Source of the DNA: an uncultured Armatimonadetes bacterium | Lineage (GTDB): Bacteria > Armatimonadota > UBA5829 > DTJY01 | Length of the DNA: 64,000 bases | Direction: 5' to 3' | NCBI GenBank assembly: GCA_963717145.1 | Contig: OY970325.1 | Location: forward strand, 928,001-992,000 | In this document: positions 1 through 9,103 of the stretch, in pieces | Layout: every line of letters starts with the position of its first letter | Numbering within the stretch: position 1 is the first letter of the stretch | Translations under genes and position numbers: made by a program | Notes under the pieces: model-generated | What the model was told of the DNA's origin: nothing | What the model saw: only the letters and a program-made list of their open reading frames with translations | Database searches by the model: none

Positions 1-1
1 C

Positions 2-178
2 GTCCCCCTCCAGGAACGCATCGAGACAGTGGCCGACGATGCCGATCTGGAAGATGTCTACAACACCGAGCGCCATCTGCTCTACGTGGCCTGCACCCGC
101 GCCCGCGATCACTTGCTCGTGACCAGCGTGGATCCGTCGTCAGAATTCCTGGACGATCTGCGCGCCAGTTCCGCATGA
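2..178 (+). CDS. C-terminal fragment of a UvrD/SF1 helicase (truncated by window edge)
   Basis: Frame 2 reads ...EDVYNTERHLLYVACTRARDHLLVTSVDPSSEFLDDL; LLYVACTRAR is SF1 helicase motif VI. Confidence 0.85.
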   Translation, partial: VPLQERIETVADDADLEDVYNTERHLLYVACTRARDHLLVTSVDPSSEFLDDLRASSA

Positions 179-295
179 TCGGTCTGGCGAACTAGCCCTA
201 GACGGCGCGGTCGGCTGACGATGTGTTCGTCCGTGATGACCGTGGAGTGGATGGCGGGCGGACTGGGGACTCATTCTGGCCAGGGAGGCCAAGGC

Positions 296-1279
296 ATGAG
301 GCGAACTGATATAGAATCCGTCATGTTCCCGGTGGAGATGCGTCCGATGCAGTATGTTGGCGCGGATGGTGTCCCCAGAAGTGTCTACACCCACAAGGCG
401 GTGGTTGACGTGCACAGCGGGCAGACCCTGGGAGTGGTCGGGAATGCGTACCGCCTGGTCACGAATCAGGAGGCTCTTGACCACGGCAGGGAGTGCGCCC
501 GTCTCCTGTTCAAGAAGACGAAGCCGGAGGACTTCGAAGTCTTCAACGTCTATGCACCAAGCAGGCTGTCCTTCTGCCAGATAGATCTGGTGCACAAGGG
601 CTATGAGGTCAACGTCTACCGATCCGAGGTCTATCTGCCACTTGTTCGGATCACGAACAGTTACAATGGCAGCCGCGCCCTCCGCTTCGATGTCGGCTAC
701 TGCCGCAAGCTCTGCTTGAATGGTGTGATCTTCGAGAAGCAGACCATCCAGTTCAGGTTCAGCCATTCGCAGTCTGCTATCCGCCCTGAGTTGGACTTCC
801 GTATCCGAAGGGGTCAGATGGAGAGCCTGCGCAAGAAGTTCGAGAGCAACGTATCGCGTCTGGCGGGATATCCGATCCCCGATGACATGGCAGGGCCTCT
901 GTTATTCAGAGCAATGGAGTTTCCCCTTCCGCCGAAGGGAAACGGCAATGCTTATGTGCGAAAGGTCCTGGCTTATCTTGAGCTGCGAGCCAGGGCTCAT
1001 GTCCTCATAATCTCTTACTTCCATTCGCTAGGGTCCAACGCCTACGCGCTTTTCAACGCAATGACGGACTTCGCGTCGCATCCGCCGGAGATAACTGGAT
1101 TCACCCGGACGCGGCATACGATGCAGCGGACTGCAGGATCATGGAGCGAGTCGTTTGCCACAAAGATAGGGAGGAACGGCGGGCTCGACCTGAAGGAATA
1201 TCTCGGTGATTACGCAGAGGTTGACTCATGGTCTCCCCCTCTGCCAAATGAACAACTTCAGATGGAGCCGTGGATATGA
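296..1279 (+). CDS. DUF932/DUF945-like phage/plasmid protein
   Basis: GGGAGG RBS before ATG 296; motifs LGVVGNAYRLVTNQEA, ITNSYNGS, RKLCLNG, NAYALFNAMTDFASH. Confidence 0.75.
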   Translation: MRRTDIESVMFPVEMRPMQYVGADGVPRSVYTHKAVVDVHSGQTLGVVGNAYRLVTNQEALDHGRECARLLFKKTKPEDFEVFNVYAPSRLSFCQIDLVHKGYEVNVYRSEVYLPLVRITNSYNGSRALRFDVGYCRKLCLNGVIFEKQTIQFRFSHSQSAIRPELDFRIRRGQMESLRKKFESNVSRLAGYPIPDDMAGPLLFRAMEFPLPPKGNGNAYVRKVLAYLELRARAHVLIISYFHSLGSNAYALFNAMTDFASHPPEITGFTRTRHTMQRTAGSWSESFATKIGRNGGLDLKEYLGDYAEVDSWSPPLPNEQLQMEPWI

Positions 1280-1651
1280 GTTCGTTTTGGTTGATCCAGA
1301 TAAGTGGAACTGGGAACTCCCTGCTGTCAGAGCGCAACTCAAACCAGGAGTGGATATCCTGGATTGGAACTGCGCTTTGTGGACCGTAGAGCGAGTCGAG
1401 GAGCATGAGCCGTTTTTGAGAACTGGTGTCGCCTGGTGGAGACGAGCCATCCGGAGCGACAACACTAGGCCGGGCGGCTGATCTGCGAAGAGCAGACCCT
1501 GACGTGGGCTGAGATGAACAAGAAGAATATGTTCATCTACAAGCGCGAGTGAACCTGGGCCGCAGGAGGGGGCACACGTTCCCGGAATGGAATAACAGAC
1601 ATGCCTGATCTGAGCTAGGTAGGGTACGAGGCGGCGTCGGTTAAGAGCCAA

Positions 1652-1915
1652 TTGGAGTACAACGAGAAGTGGCTGCAGACCCAGGCAGAGCGGGGCGATC
1701 ATCTGGTTTTCCGGATTCGCAAGAACCACATAGAGAGACACCGCGATCTGCTGAAGGAGTTCTTCCCCCGGAGCTACCAAGAGAACTTGGACCAGGCACG
1801 GATCGCGACGAATGGGAAGGGCACATACATGAAGTTATCGAAGCGCCCGAGGCTGTCCCCTCCCTCGTCGGCCGCGTACTGGATGACGCTGTTCAACCGC
1901 TGGAAGGCCTTCTAA
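1652..1915 (+). CDS. Hypothetical protein (possibly a remnant of a longer gene)
   Basis: 87-aa ORF co-oriented with neighbours; TTG start with no clear RBS. Confidence 0.35.
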   Translation: MEYNEKWLQTQAERGDHLVFRIRKNHIERHRDLLKEFFPRSYQENLDQARIATNGKGTYMKLSKRPRLSPPSSAAYWMTLFNRWKAF

Positions 1916-1933
1916 CGGAATAAGAGAAAAGAC

Positions 1934-2527
1934 ATGAAAGATCAGTATTTCGGGGACAACCGGGACCTAGTGAAATGGTCGACGCTGCTGCACTTGGCAG
2001 ATATGTTCGGCGCTGCGAGTATCCTGCAGATCGCCTACTGCCGGCCGACCTCATGGGGGCGTATCAAGGTCGGTGAGGACCACATTGAGATTCGTCCTGA
2101 GGTCCTGACACACTTTAGGGATATCCGGAACGCCAAGGCGATTTGCTCGCGAGCAAAGATCAGAGTGTTCGATATGGCGTTCACCATCGACCGTGATGCT
2201 TACCACGCCGCAGCCTTGCAGTTCATAGCTGAGCGCCGGAGCGAAAGATGCATAGTCTTCCTCGATCCGGACACAGGACTTGAGCCAGGTGACTGCAGGC
2301 TCGAACATGTATCGGAGCGCGAAGTCGCCGAGATATGGGTGAGCCTCCAGCACGGAGATGTGCTCGCCTTGTATCAGCATCAAACGAATCGTAGTGGCCG
2401 ACCGTGGATCGAGCCCAAGCGACAGCAGTTGGCCCTCGCGATCGGCGCCAAGTCGGATCGGGTATGCATCGCTCGCGGCGCGGACATCGCAAGGGATGTA
2501 GTTCTCTTCTTCTGCCAGAAGCGGTGA
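1934..2527 (+). CDS. Conserved hypothetical protein (MKDQYFGD...FLDPDTG type), possibly a methyltransferase-like fold
   Basis: ATG after a purine-rich tract; N-terminal QYFGD and internal VFLDPDTGLE motifs. Confidence 0.65.
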   Translation: MKDQYFGDNRDLVKWSTLLHLADMFGAASILQIAYCRPTSWGRIKVGEDHIEIRPEVLTHFRDIRNAKAICSRAKIRVFDMAFTIDRDAYHAAALQFIAERRSERCIVFLDPDTGLEPGDCRLEHVSEREVAEIWVSLQHGDVLALYQHQTNRSGRPWIEPKRQQLALAIGAKSDRVCIARGADIARDVVLFFCQKR

Positions 2528-2570
2528 TCCCGAACTGCAGACGATCACTCAAGCATAGGAGGAATTCAGG

Positions 2571-3503
2571 ATGGACGACGATCTGATGTGGGAGGATGAG
2601 GAGGAGGATGATACCCCGGCGGGCTCCCCGGATTGGTTCGTGCAGGATAGCACCTGCCCCACGTGTTGGCGGAACACGCTCGTCAAGTGGGATAGCATGC
2701 ATTGCATCATGAGCTTCTGTGAGAACTGCGGGCGATTCATCATTAACGAGGGTTGCTGCAAGGGACTGCGGGCTGATCAGACGGGACTTCTGCACCTCAA
2801 GGCAGAGCGCTGGCTTCGTGAAACCAATGAACACGACGAGATTCGCTTTCTGTCCTTGCATCCAGAGCAGATTGACGATCCCGAAATCGCGAAATGTATG
2901 GACCTTCAGACGCTCGCAGGCATGTACGAAAGCTCGGGCAGCAGAGAAGAATACGATCAGACGCTCATCAAACTGGCAGCATTCGCAATGACGAACAAAG
3001 GCCGCTTCTACCTCCACGAGGTGACGCATCTCTTCCCGAGTGTACAGTACGAGGAGTCTCTGCTCATGCTCTCCCGGATGGAGCATGGAAGGCACGTCGC
3101 AAAGGTGCCTGAGCTGGGCGACATGTTCTTTGTCGCAGACGAAGGGATTGCGTACCTGAGACAGCAGATCCACCACCGAAATGAGCAGTCATCCTCAGTG
3201 GTCGAGAGCACCAGCGTGAACGTCCCGCGAAAGGGTGTAGATGCTGCCCGCCACACCCCCGACTATCGGTCTGTTTGCTGGAGAGGTCGCCTCTATACCT
3301 TTACACCGATGCAGGCGCTCGCGGTCAAGTGTCTCTGGGAAGCACACGACGAGAATACTCCAGACCTTGGTGAAAAGCACATCCTCGAGAAGGTGCTCGA
3401 GACTACCCAGACAAGGTTGAGAGACGTATTCAAGAGACACCCTGCATGGAAGAAGCTGATCGTCCACGGACGTACTCGTGGCACGTATCGGCTGGCCATC
3501 TGA
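2571..3503 (+). CDS. Zn-ribbon plus C-terminal winged-helix protein, putative regulator
   Basis: AGGAGG RBS; CPTC...CENC; C-terminal HTPDYRSVCWRGRLYTFTPMQALAVKCLWE...RLRDVFK...GTYRL. Confidence 0.65.
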   Translation: MDDDLMWEDEEEDDTPAGSPDWFVQDSTCPTCWRNTLVKWDSMHCIMSFCENCGRFIINEGCCKGLRADQTGLLHLKAERWLRETNEHDEIRFLSLHPEQIDDPEIAKCMDLQTLAGMYESSGSREEYDQTLIKLAAFAMTNKGRFYLHEVTHLFPSVQYEESLLMLSRMEHGRHVAKVPELGDMFFVADEGIAYLRQQIHHRNEQSSSVVESTSVNVPRKGVDAARHTPDYRSVCWRGRLYTFTPMQALAVKCLWEAHDENTPDLGEKHILEKVLETTQTRLRDVFKRHPAWKKLIVHGRTRGTYRLAI

Positions 3504-3519
3504 ACCTGGATCCCCGGAT

Positions 3520-3565
3520 TACCCCACGAAATACCCACTGAAATACCCCACTTAGCTACCCTGAC
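3520..3565 (+). repeat. 12-bp-period direct repeats (TACCCCACGAAA/TACCCACTGAAA/TACCCCACTTAG/TACCCTGAC)
   Basis: Read directly; followed by an extended -10-like TGcTAGGCT at 3581-3589. Confidence 0.7.
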
Positions 3566-3845
3566 TCCTGCTCCGAGACATGCTAGGCTACAGGAAGAAG
3601 AACGCCTGGCTGGTCATCGTCTGGAGAGGTCACCAGCGGGACTGAGGCTGATGCCCCGGGTGGACTCTCGGCAGGTCGGAGTACGGCGGCGTTCATGTTA
3701 CCTTGGCGAGTTGAAACGTCGAGAGTTGGACTGCCTCGGTGAGCGACAAACAGCGACAGAGATTGGCGATCAGGCGAACGTCATCAGAAGTACCGCGTGT
3801 GCCTGCGGCTTTCGGTTGTGGCACTGGGCGTAGCACGGCGGAGAA

Positions 3846-4139
3846 GTGAGAATGGCCGCTCGGCACTCGATAACCGTGATGGCGGAAACGGCTCAGGACA
3901 CCGGAACCAACCCTCCGGGGTCTCTTGACACGTTTGTCGAGTGTCTTCGAGACGACCGCCTTAGTCGATGGTGTCAAGAGGTGCGGCGCACGATCGCCGA
4001 TAACCGGCGCACGGCTATGCCAACGGTGACGACCTGTCGCGATGAGAGGGCGGACAAAGCGCGGGAGATCGAGGACCAGATCCGCGAGCTCCAGCGGGAG
4101 CTTCAAGGACTGAAAGTAGGAGGACATGATGTCGGGTAG
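3846..4139 (+). CDS. Small hypothetical coiled-coil protein upstream of the primase
   Basis: Overlaps the primase start; C-terminal heptad pattern REIEDQIRELQRELQGL. True start uncertain. Confidence 0.4.
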   Translation: MRMAARHSITVMAETAQDTGTNPPGSLDTFVECLRDDRLSRWCQEVRRTIADNRRTAMPTVTTCRDERADKAREIEDQIRELQRELQGLKVGGHDVG

Positions 4140-4974
4140 AGACGGGAAACCACGGACCGGGGATCCAGGCTCGCCAGGATCGAAACAGGAAGTCTGCGAA
4201 TCCAGGGGCACGAGCGTACAGTCCCCACCGGAAGTGGATTCCTACCAGGGCTTGGATCTCTTACCTCAACATGCTCGAATGTTGGCCGAGTCCCGTATAT
4301 CAGCAGAGGTTGCGGCTGCTCGTGGCTATCGGTCGGTTACCAAGAAATGCCGGCCGGCCTCCCTGGGATTCAGTCGATATCAGCAGCGTGTGCCTGCCCT
4401 GCTGGTGCCGATCTGGGACGCAGCCGGCATTCTCAGCACCCATCAAGCCCGACCGGATACTCCGAGAACGAATAGGGGCAAGGAGATCAAGTACGAGACT
4501 CCCGCCAAGTCCCATATGGTGATAGACGTTCACCCTGCCATTCGGAAGGATATCGGGAACCCGAAGCTGCCTCTGTTCATTACGGAGGGCATCAAGAAGG
4601 CCGATGCCGCTATCACGTTAGGACTGTGCTGCATTGCCTTGCTCGGTGTCTGGAATTGGCGCGGTACGAACGACGCTGGAGGCAAGACAGCTCTGCCAGA
4701 CTGGGAAGCCATTGCACTAAACGGCAGGGTGGTCTATGTGGTCTTTGACAGCGACCTTTCAGTCAAGCCCGAAGTGCACAACGCGCTTGTGCGGCTCAGC
4801 GCATTCCTAGGATCGAGAGGCGCAAGTGTGGCAGTCATCTACCTCCCTGCGGGGCAGGGCGGCTGCAAGGTTGGGTTGGATGACTACTTCGCGTCCGCAA
4901 ATCCGCAGACGATCTACTCCTACTTGCATCCACCAAGATCCACAAGCAGGATGCCGTGGCCTCTGAGTCAATAG
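4126..4974 (+). CDS. DUF3854 Toprim-like primase domain (N-terminal part of a frameshifted primase-helicase)
   Basis: AGGAGG RBS; KYETP, ITEGIKKADA, GVWNW, VVFDSD, KVGLDDYF. Continues in another frame after ~4897. Confidence 0.8.
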   Translation: MMSGRDGKPRTGDPGSPGSKQEVCESRGTSVQSPPEVDSYQGLDLLPQHARMLAESRISAEVAAARGYRSVTKKCRPASLGFSRYQQRVPALLVPIWDAAGILSTHQARPDTPRTNRGKEIKYETPAKSHMVIDVHPAIRKDIGNPKLPLFITEGIKKADAAITLGLCCIALLGVWNWRGTNDAGGKTALPDWEAIALNGRVVYVVFDSDLSVKPEVHNALVRLSAFLGSRGASVAVIYLPAGQGGCKVGLDDYFASANPQTIYSYLHPPRSTSRMPWPLSQ

Positions 4975-6722
4975 GAGTTACCGAGGCCATGCCCGGATGC
5001 CCGGTAGACTCGGGTCTCATAGTACCGCCCGGCTACGATCTCAGCGATAACGGTGTCATTCAGGCGTCCACTCACTTCACAGCTGCCGGCGAACCGGTGG
5101 AGAAACGACACATTGTTGCCCTTGCGCCGGTTGTGATCTCCGAGAGGCTGATCGATGTTAACGACGGACACGAGAGATTGGAGGTTCAATGGCTACGGGA
5201 TGGGCGATGGAAAGAGCATACGGCAGACCGCGCGGCGATCATGGATACGCGTCAACTAGTCGGGCTGTCTGCTGTCGGGTTGCCGGTCTATAGCGGGAAC
5301 GCGAAGGAGCTTCAGGAATACTTAGTGCATTTCGAGGTCTGCAATCTCAAGACACTGCCTCTTGCTCTTGTCTCTTCAAATCTTGGTTGGCAAGGTCGAC
5401 ACGGTGAGGCCGGCTTCCTGTGGGGTCGGACACTAATCGACGATGCGAAGAAGCCGGCGGGCAATGGTATAAGCTTTGAGGGATCCGATGAGGGCGGGGA
5501 GGAAGTCGCAGATGGCTTCATCCAGAGTGGCTCGTTTGACGGTTGGCTTGAAGGGGTGGCGCCAATCGCAGATCATCCGCGTGTGCTTCTCGGGCTGTAC
5601 GCCTCCCTTGCCAGTCCTCTGCTCTTACTGCTTGGTTGCCCCAACTTCGTCGTAGACTGGTGCGGTCCCACCTCCCGAGGAAAGACAACGACTCTTCGAG
5701 TGGCAGCGTCGGTTTGGGGCAACCCCATCGAGCGATCCCGAGGCTCTTGTCTCTTCGCTTGGGATAGCACGCGCGTCTGGATTGAGAGAGCGGCAGCCAT
5801 GTTGAACGGCCTACCTCTGATCTTGGATGACACCAAGCGAGCGAAGAAGGCGACGGATGTGGCACAGACACTTTATGACTTCGCCGGGGGGCAGGGCAGG
5901 GGGCGAGGAAGCATCAAGGGGACACGGCGAAGGGGTTCATGGGCAAGTATCCTACTCAGCAGCGGCGAAGCCCCGGCTGTAAGCTTCACCCAGGACGGAG
6001 GAACGGTTGCGCGATGCCTTGAGGTATGGGGCTCGCCATTCGGACGGGCTGATGAAAACAACGCCGAACTGGTTGCCAGGCTGAACCTAGCCGCAAGGGA
6101 CAACTTCGGATGGGCAGGGCCCGAGTTCGTTCAGGTTGTTCTTGATAGCCGCCAGGACTGGGAGGGATGGCGATCGGAATATCGCCGTGTTCAAGCGCAT
6201 TACGTGGAGAGGGCCGGCTCAAACTCAGTGGGCATCCGGTATGCAGAATACGTCGGCCTGATTGACGTTGCGGCCAGGCTCGCTACCGCTGCCCTTGAGC
6301 TCCCCTGGGGATATCGGGATGTCATTGATGCTGTATGGGATGATCTCCTCGGCGAATCGGTCTCGGCCGATCGAGCGGTGGAGGCTCTGCGGCTTGTGTC
6401 GAGTTGGGCGCAGAGTCACCCATCTGCATTCTACGCTCGGTTGACTGCAGGCAATCAGCGAGACCCCGCCCAGGGATGGGCAGGACGCTGGGAATCGTCA
6501 GAGGACTGGGAGGATATAGCATTCTTCCCTGGTCGGCTTGAGACTATTCTGAGGGACGGAGGCTTTGAACCCGAGCCGATTTTGAGAGCATGGAAGGATC
6601 GCGCATTCCTTGATTGCAGCTCCGACACGGCCACGCGGAGGACCAAGAGGGTTCGGATCGACCGTGAGCCTGTCTGGTGCATTGTCATACGCCGCATTGC
6701 GATAGAGGAAGCGGGAGGGTAG
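4956..6722 (+). CDS. DUF927 replication helicase (C-terminal part of the primase-helicase)
   Basis: Walker A GPTSRGKTT, Walker B LILDD, GQGRGRG, LSSGE, NFGWAG. Confidence 0.85.
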   Translation: MASESIGVTEAMPGCPVDSGLIVPPGYDLSDNGVIQASTHFTAAGEPVEKRHIVALAPVVISERLIDVNDGHERLEVQWLRDGRWKEHTADRAAIMDTRQLVGLSAVGLPVYSGNAKELQEYLVHFEVCNLKTLPLALVSSNLGWQGRHGEAGFLWGRTLIDDAKKPAGNGISFEGSDEGGEEVADGFIQSGSFDGWLEGVAPIADHPRVLLGLYASLASPLLLLLGCPNFVVDWCGPTSRGKTTTLRVAASVWGNPIERSRGSCLFAWDSTRVWIERAAAMLNGLPLILDDTKRAKKATDVAQTLYDFAGGQGRGRGSIKGTRRRGSWASILLSSGEAPAVSFTQDGGTVARCLEVWGSPFGRADENNAELVARLNLAARDNFGWAGPEFVQVVLDSRQDWEGWRSEYRRVQAHYVERAGSNSVGIRYAEYVGLIDVAARLATAALELPWGYRDVIDAVWDDLLGESVSADRAVEALRLVSSWAQSHPSAFYARLTAGNQRDPAQGWAGRWESSEDWEDIAFFPGRLETILRDGGFEPEPILRAWKDRAFLDCSSDTATRRTKRVRIDREPVWCIVIRRIAIEEAGG

Positions 6723-6733
6723 AGTGTTGGAGT

Positions 6734-7042
6734 GGGAACAATGGGAACAGTGTGGGAACCATTGTGGGAACTGGGTTGTGCTGATATCATTAGGTTTGTC
6801 AGTCTTGTTCCCATGTTCCCACAGTCAGTGCAGCTTCCTAAAAGCGCTCGGGCATACGCGTTCTTGACCTGCCGGAAGGCTCTCGGGAAGCATGCGGTTT
6901 CATTTCTCCAAGGGATAAGGCTGTTTCTCGCGGGAACAGCGGGAACGTGGGAACAAATGCGCTTCCCTGCCGGTGATCACGCATGAGTACTCCATATATC
7001 AGCGGTGTAGGGCGTTCCCAGAGGCGTTCCCGATATGTTCCC
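6734..7042. repeat. Iteron-like cluster, putative replication origin: 12 GGGAAC hexamers in alternating orientation
   Basis: Forward at 6734, 6743, 6754, 6766, 6932, 6941, 6949; reverse (GTTCCC) at 6807, 6815, 7014, 7026, 7037. Confidence 0.75.
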
Positions 7043-7401
7043 ACTCGCAGCCGAAGGGTGGGTAGCTTAGAGTGGATTGGCCTGCTTGATGTATGGAATG
7101 CACATCAATCGCCATCTCGTGGTGCTCAAGCTGCAGAACTGCCGACGACGGTGCGATCTCCAGAGCCTTCGCAACCTTGTTTCAACTGTGGTACGGGACA
7201 TGACTGGCGATGGGAACCGGTCACGGCCATGAGTCCGAGGGGTACATGGGTGTGCAACTCGTGCAGTCATGCGGCAGAGGGGTAGGGGATGACTGCTCCT
7301 CCAGATACCGGACAGAATCGCGCGCGAATGACTGTTAGGAATGTTAAGGTTTGTATGGTAAACCGAGGCAACCCTCTCAACTGCACCAGCCTCAGACGTC
7401 T

Positions 7402-8379
7402 TCAAAGGCCGGCGGCAGTCGTGAAGTTAAAGGCGAAGGTGTCCGCCTCTCTGCGGTAGATGCCCAGGATGGCCCTGCTCTTGTGCCCAGTCTGCCGCAT
7501 GATCACCGTCTCGGCAGTGCCTGTGGCATACTGATCGGTCACGAACCCCGCCCGGAGGCTGTGCCCACTAACCTGCGCGGGATCGAGGCCGAACGCGGGC
7601 GCCAGACGCTTGAGTACCAAGCTCACGGCCTTGTCACTGAGCCGCATGGGCCGCACCTGGCCATTCTTAGTGATCGGTCGGAAGATCGGCCCTTCCTCGA
7701 TCTTGGATGCGCAGATCCATGCCTGCAGGGCCCTGACAGGGCAGGTCTGAGCCTTGAGGCCGTAGCCTATGCCCTTCAGGGTTCCTTCCCCCTCCTGGTC
7801 GGTCTTGCTGTGTCGGAGAATGATCCTGGCGCCTTCCGGACTGAAGGATACGTCCCCGACATCGAGAGAGACCAGTTCGGAGCGGCGAAACGCGCCCGCA
7901 TATCCCACTAGCAGGATGGCCCGATCTCTGAGGCTCTGCATGGATCCATCGGATAGCCTCGGCGCAACCTCCCGGAGTTGGCTCGCCCGGATGGCCGTCT
8001 TCCGGTTCTGGCTCACTCCCACCGTGCGCTTAATGCCCTTCAGAGTGTCCCGTACCTCGGCGGTCCTGGTCGGCGACTCATGCCCGGCAGCCTGGTGCGC
8101 TTTCGAGATGACAGCGAGCCTGCGTTCCAGTGTGGCAGGCTTCAGGATCGTGGCATGGTCGGCGAGGTAGAGGCGGACCGTCTTCGGGTGAGCGGGTAGG
8201 GTGGGTAGGCCGTGAGTGCCGCACCATCCCGAGAAGTGCTCCCAGTCCGATCGATACGCCCTCCTGGTACTGTCAGCGGTCGATGCCTGCAGGTAGTCGT
8301 CGGCCTGGGCGATCATCGGCGCAAGCGCCTTCGCGTTCGGCGTTCTGACGGGTAGCTTCGTCGCCTTGTCCTTTTCCAA
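7402..8379 (-). CDS. Cre-like tyrosine recombinase/resolvase
   Basis: STRRAYRSDW N-domain; catalytic FRRSEL, SKTDQ, GHSLRAGF, TGHKS, IYRR; AAGGAGG RBS. Confidence 0.92.
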   Translation of the reverse strand: MEKDKATKLPVRTPNAKALAPMIAQADDYLQASTADSTRRAYRSDWEHFSGWCGTHGLPTLPAHPKTVRLYLADHATILKPATLERRLAVISKAHQAAGHESPTRTAEVRDTLKGIKRTVGVSQNRKTAIRASQLREVAPRLSDGSMQSLRDRAILLVGYAGAFRRSELVSLDVGDVSFSPEGARIILRHSKTDQEGEGTLKGIGYGLKAQTCPVRALQAWICASKIEEGPIFRPITKNGQVRPMRLSDKAVSLVLKRLAPAFGLDPAQVSGHSLRAGFVTDQYATGTAETVIMRQTGHKSRAILGIYRREADTFAFNFTTAAGL

Positions 8380-8395
8380 TGTGGTGGCCTCCTTG

Positions 8396-8422
8396 GTTCT
8401 GATAACGTTAGCTTATCGGAAC
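8396..8422. promoter_or_regulatory. lox-like recombination/autoregulatory site: 10-bp inverted arms with a 7-bp spacer
   Basis: GTTCTGATAA-cgttagc-TTATCGGAAC (1 mismatch) between the promoter and RBS of the recombinase. Confidence 0.65.
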
Positions 8423-8436
8423 TAACCTCTGCCCGT

Positions 8437-8464
8437 ATTGTACCACATTGCCCCCCACTGTCAA
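8437..8464 (-). promoter_or_regulatory. Sigma70-type promoter of the tyrosine recombinase
   Basis: Minus strand TTGACA-N16-TACAAT with TG extension. Confidence 0.6.
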
Positions 8465-8812
8465 ACGCTAGATGGACGGCAAAGCTAGCCCAGGAATGCC
8501 AAAGGATCTGACAGCGACGGCAGCAACGAGGGTGGGTAGAAGCTCGCCGTTTGTGGGCGGCTCACCGAGAAGGACCCGCAGACGAGCAGGAACAGCATCA
8601 GGAGATACCCACTCGCAGCAAGGCAAGCGATCGTTGAAAGGCTTCTCTCATAGCTTCCCGAGGTTGGGCGGCAGAGAGCAGGAACGCGGCCAATGCTATC
8701 GATAACCGCAACGACTGAACCATCTATCTTCCCACAGGAACCGGGACGCAGGCGACCAGCGAGTTCACGCCTGGTATATTTACCTGTTTTTGTGATTCCG
8801 CGGCCATACCTC

Positions 8813-8841
8813 TTGACAATTACCGTGCAGGTACATATACT
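8813..8841 (+). promoter_or_regulatory. Sigma70-type promoter of the giant protein gene
   Basis: TTGACA-N17-TATACT. Confidence 0.7.
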
Positions 8842-9103
8842 AGTCTCGATGCCGACAATGCGCTCGTCGGCTCATCCATCTCCGCCATCCTACCGCAGTA
8901 TTTTCCACACGCGGAGACCAGCAGTCTACTCTGTCGCCGCGTGCTCTCAAGGGGAAGCGACGGCTGCCAGAGGTTCACAGCAGAACAGTCTCTTGTACCA
9001 CCGATAGTGCAGGTCTGTGTGCTCGGCGGGCCGACCTGAAGACCAATTGTGGCGGCAGTAAGCGCCTCTTCGCAGACGACTCAACACCGGATGGGGGATC
9101 ACT

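Noticed and set aside
1206-1650. Short ORFs between DUF932 and 1652
   Set aside because: No RBS or recognisable motif; possibly decayed sequence.
3651-3833. LuxR-like HTH remnant (LKRRELDCL...TEIG)
   Set aside because: Resemblance is short and weak, and I could not confirm it without a profile search.
4880-4910. Programmed ribosomal frameshift in the primase-helicase
   Set aside because: No slippery heptamer, and similar single-base indels occur in unrelated genes in this window.
6732-7285. ORFs 6732-6986 and 6983-7285 as genes
   Set aside because: They mostly translate the iteron cluster. The CxxC pairs in the second ORF leave a small Zn-finger gene possible but unsupported.
8470-8530. 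c-di-GMP-I riboswitch suggested by GGCAAA
   Set aside because: Second stem and conserved downstream motifs are absent, and it lies upstream of the predicted promoter.
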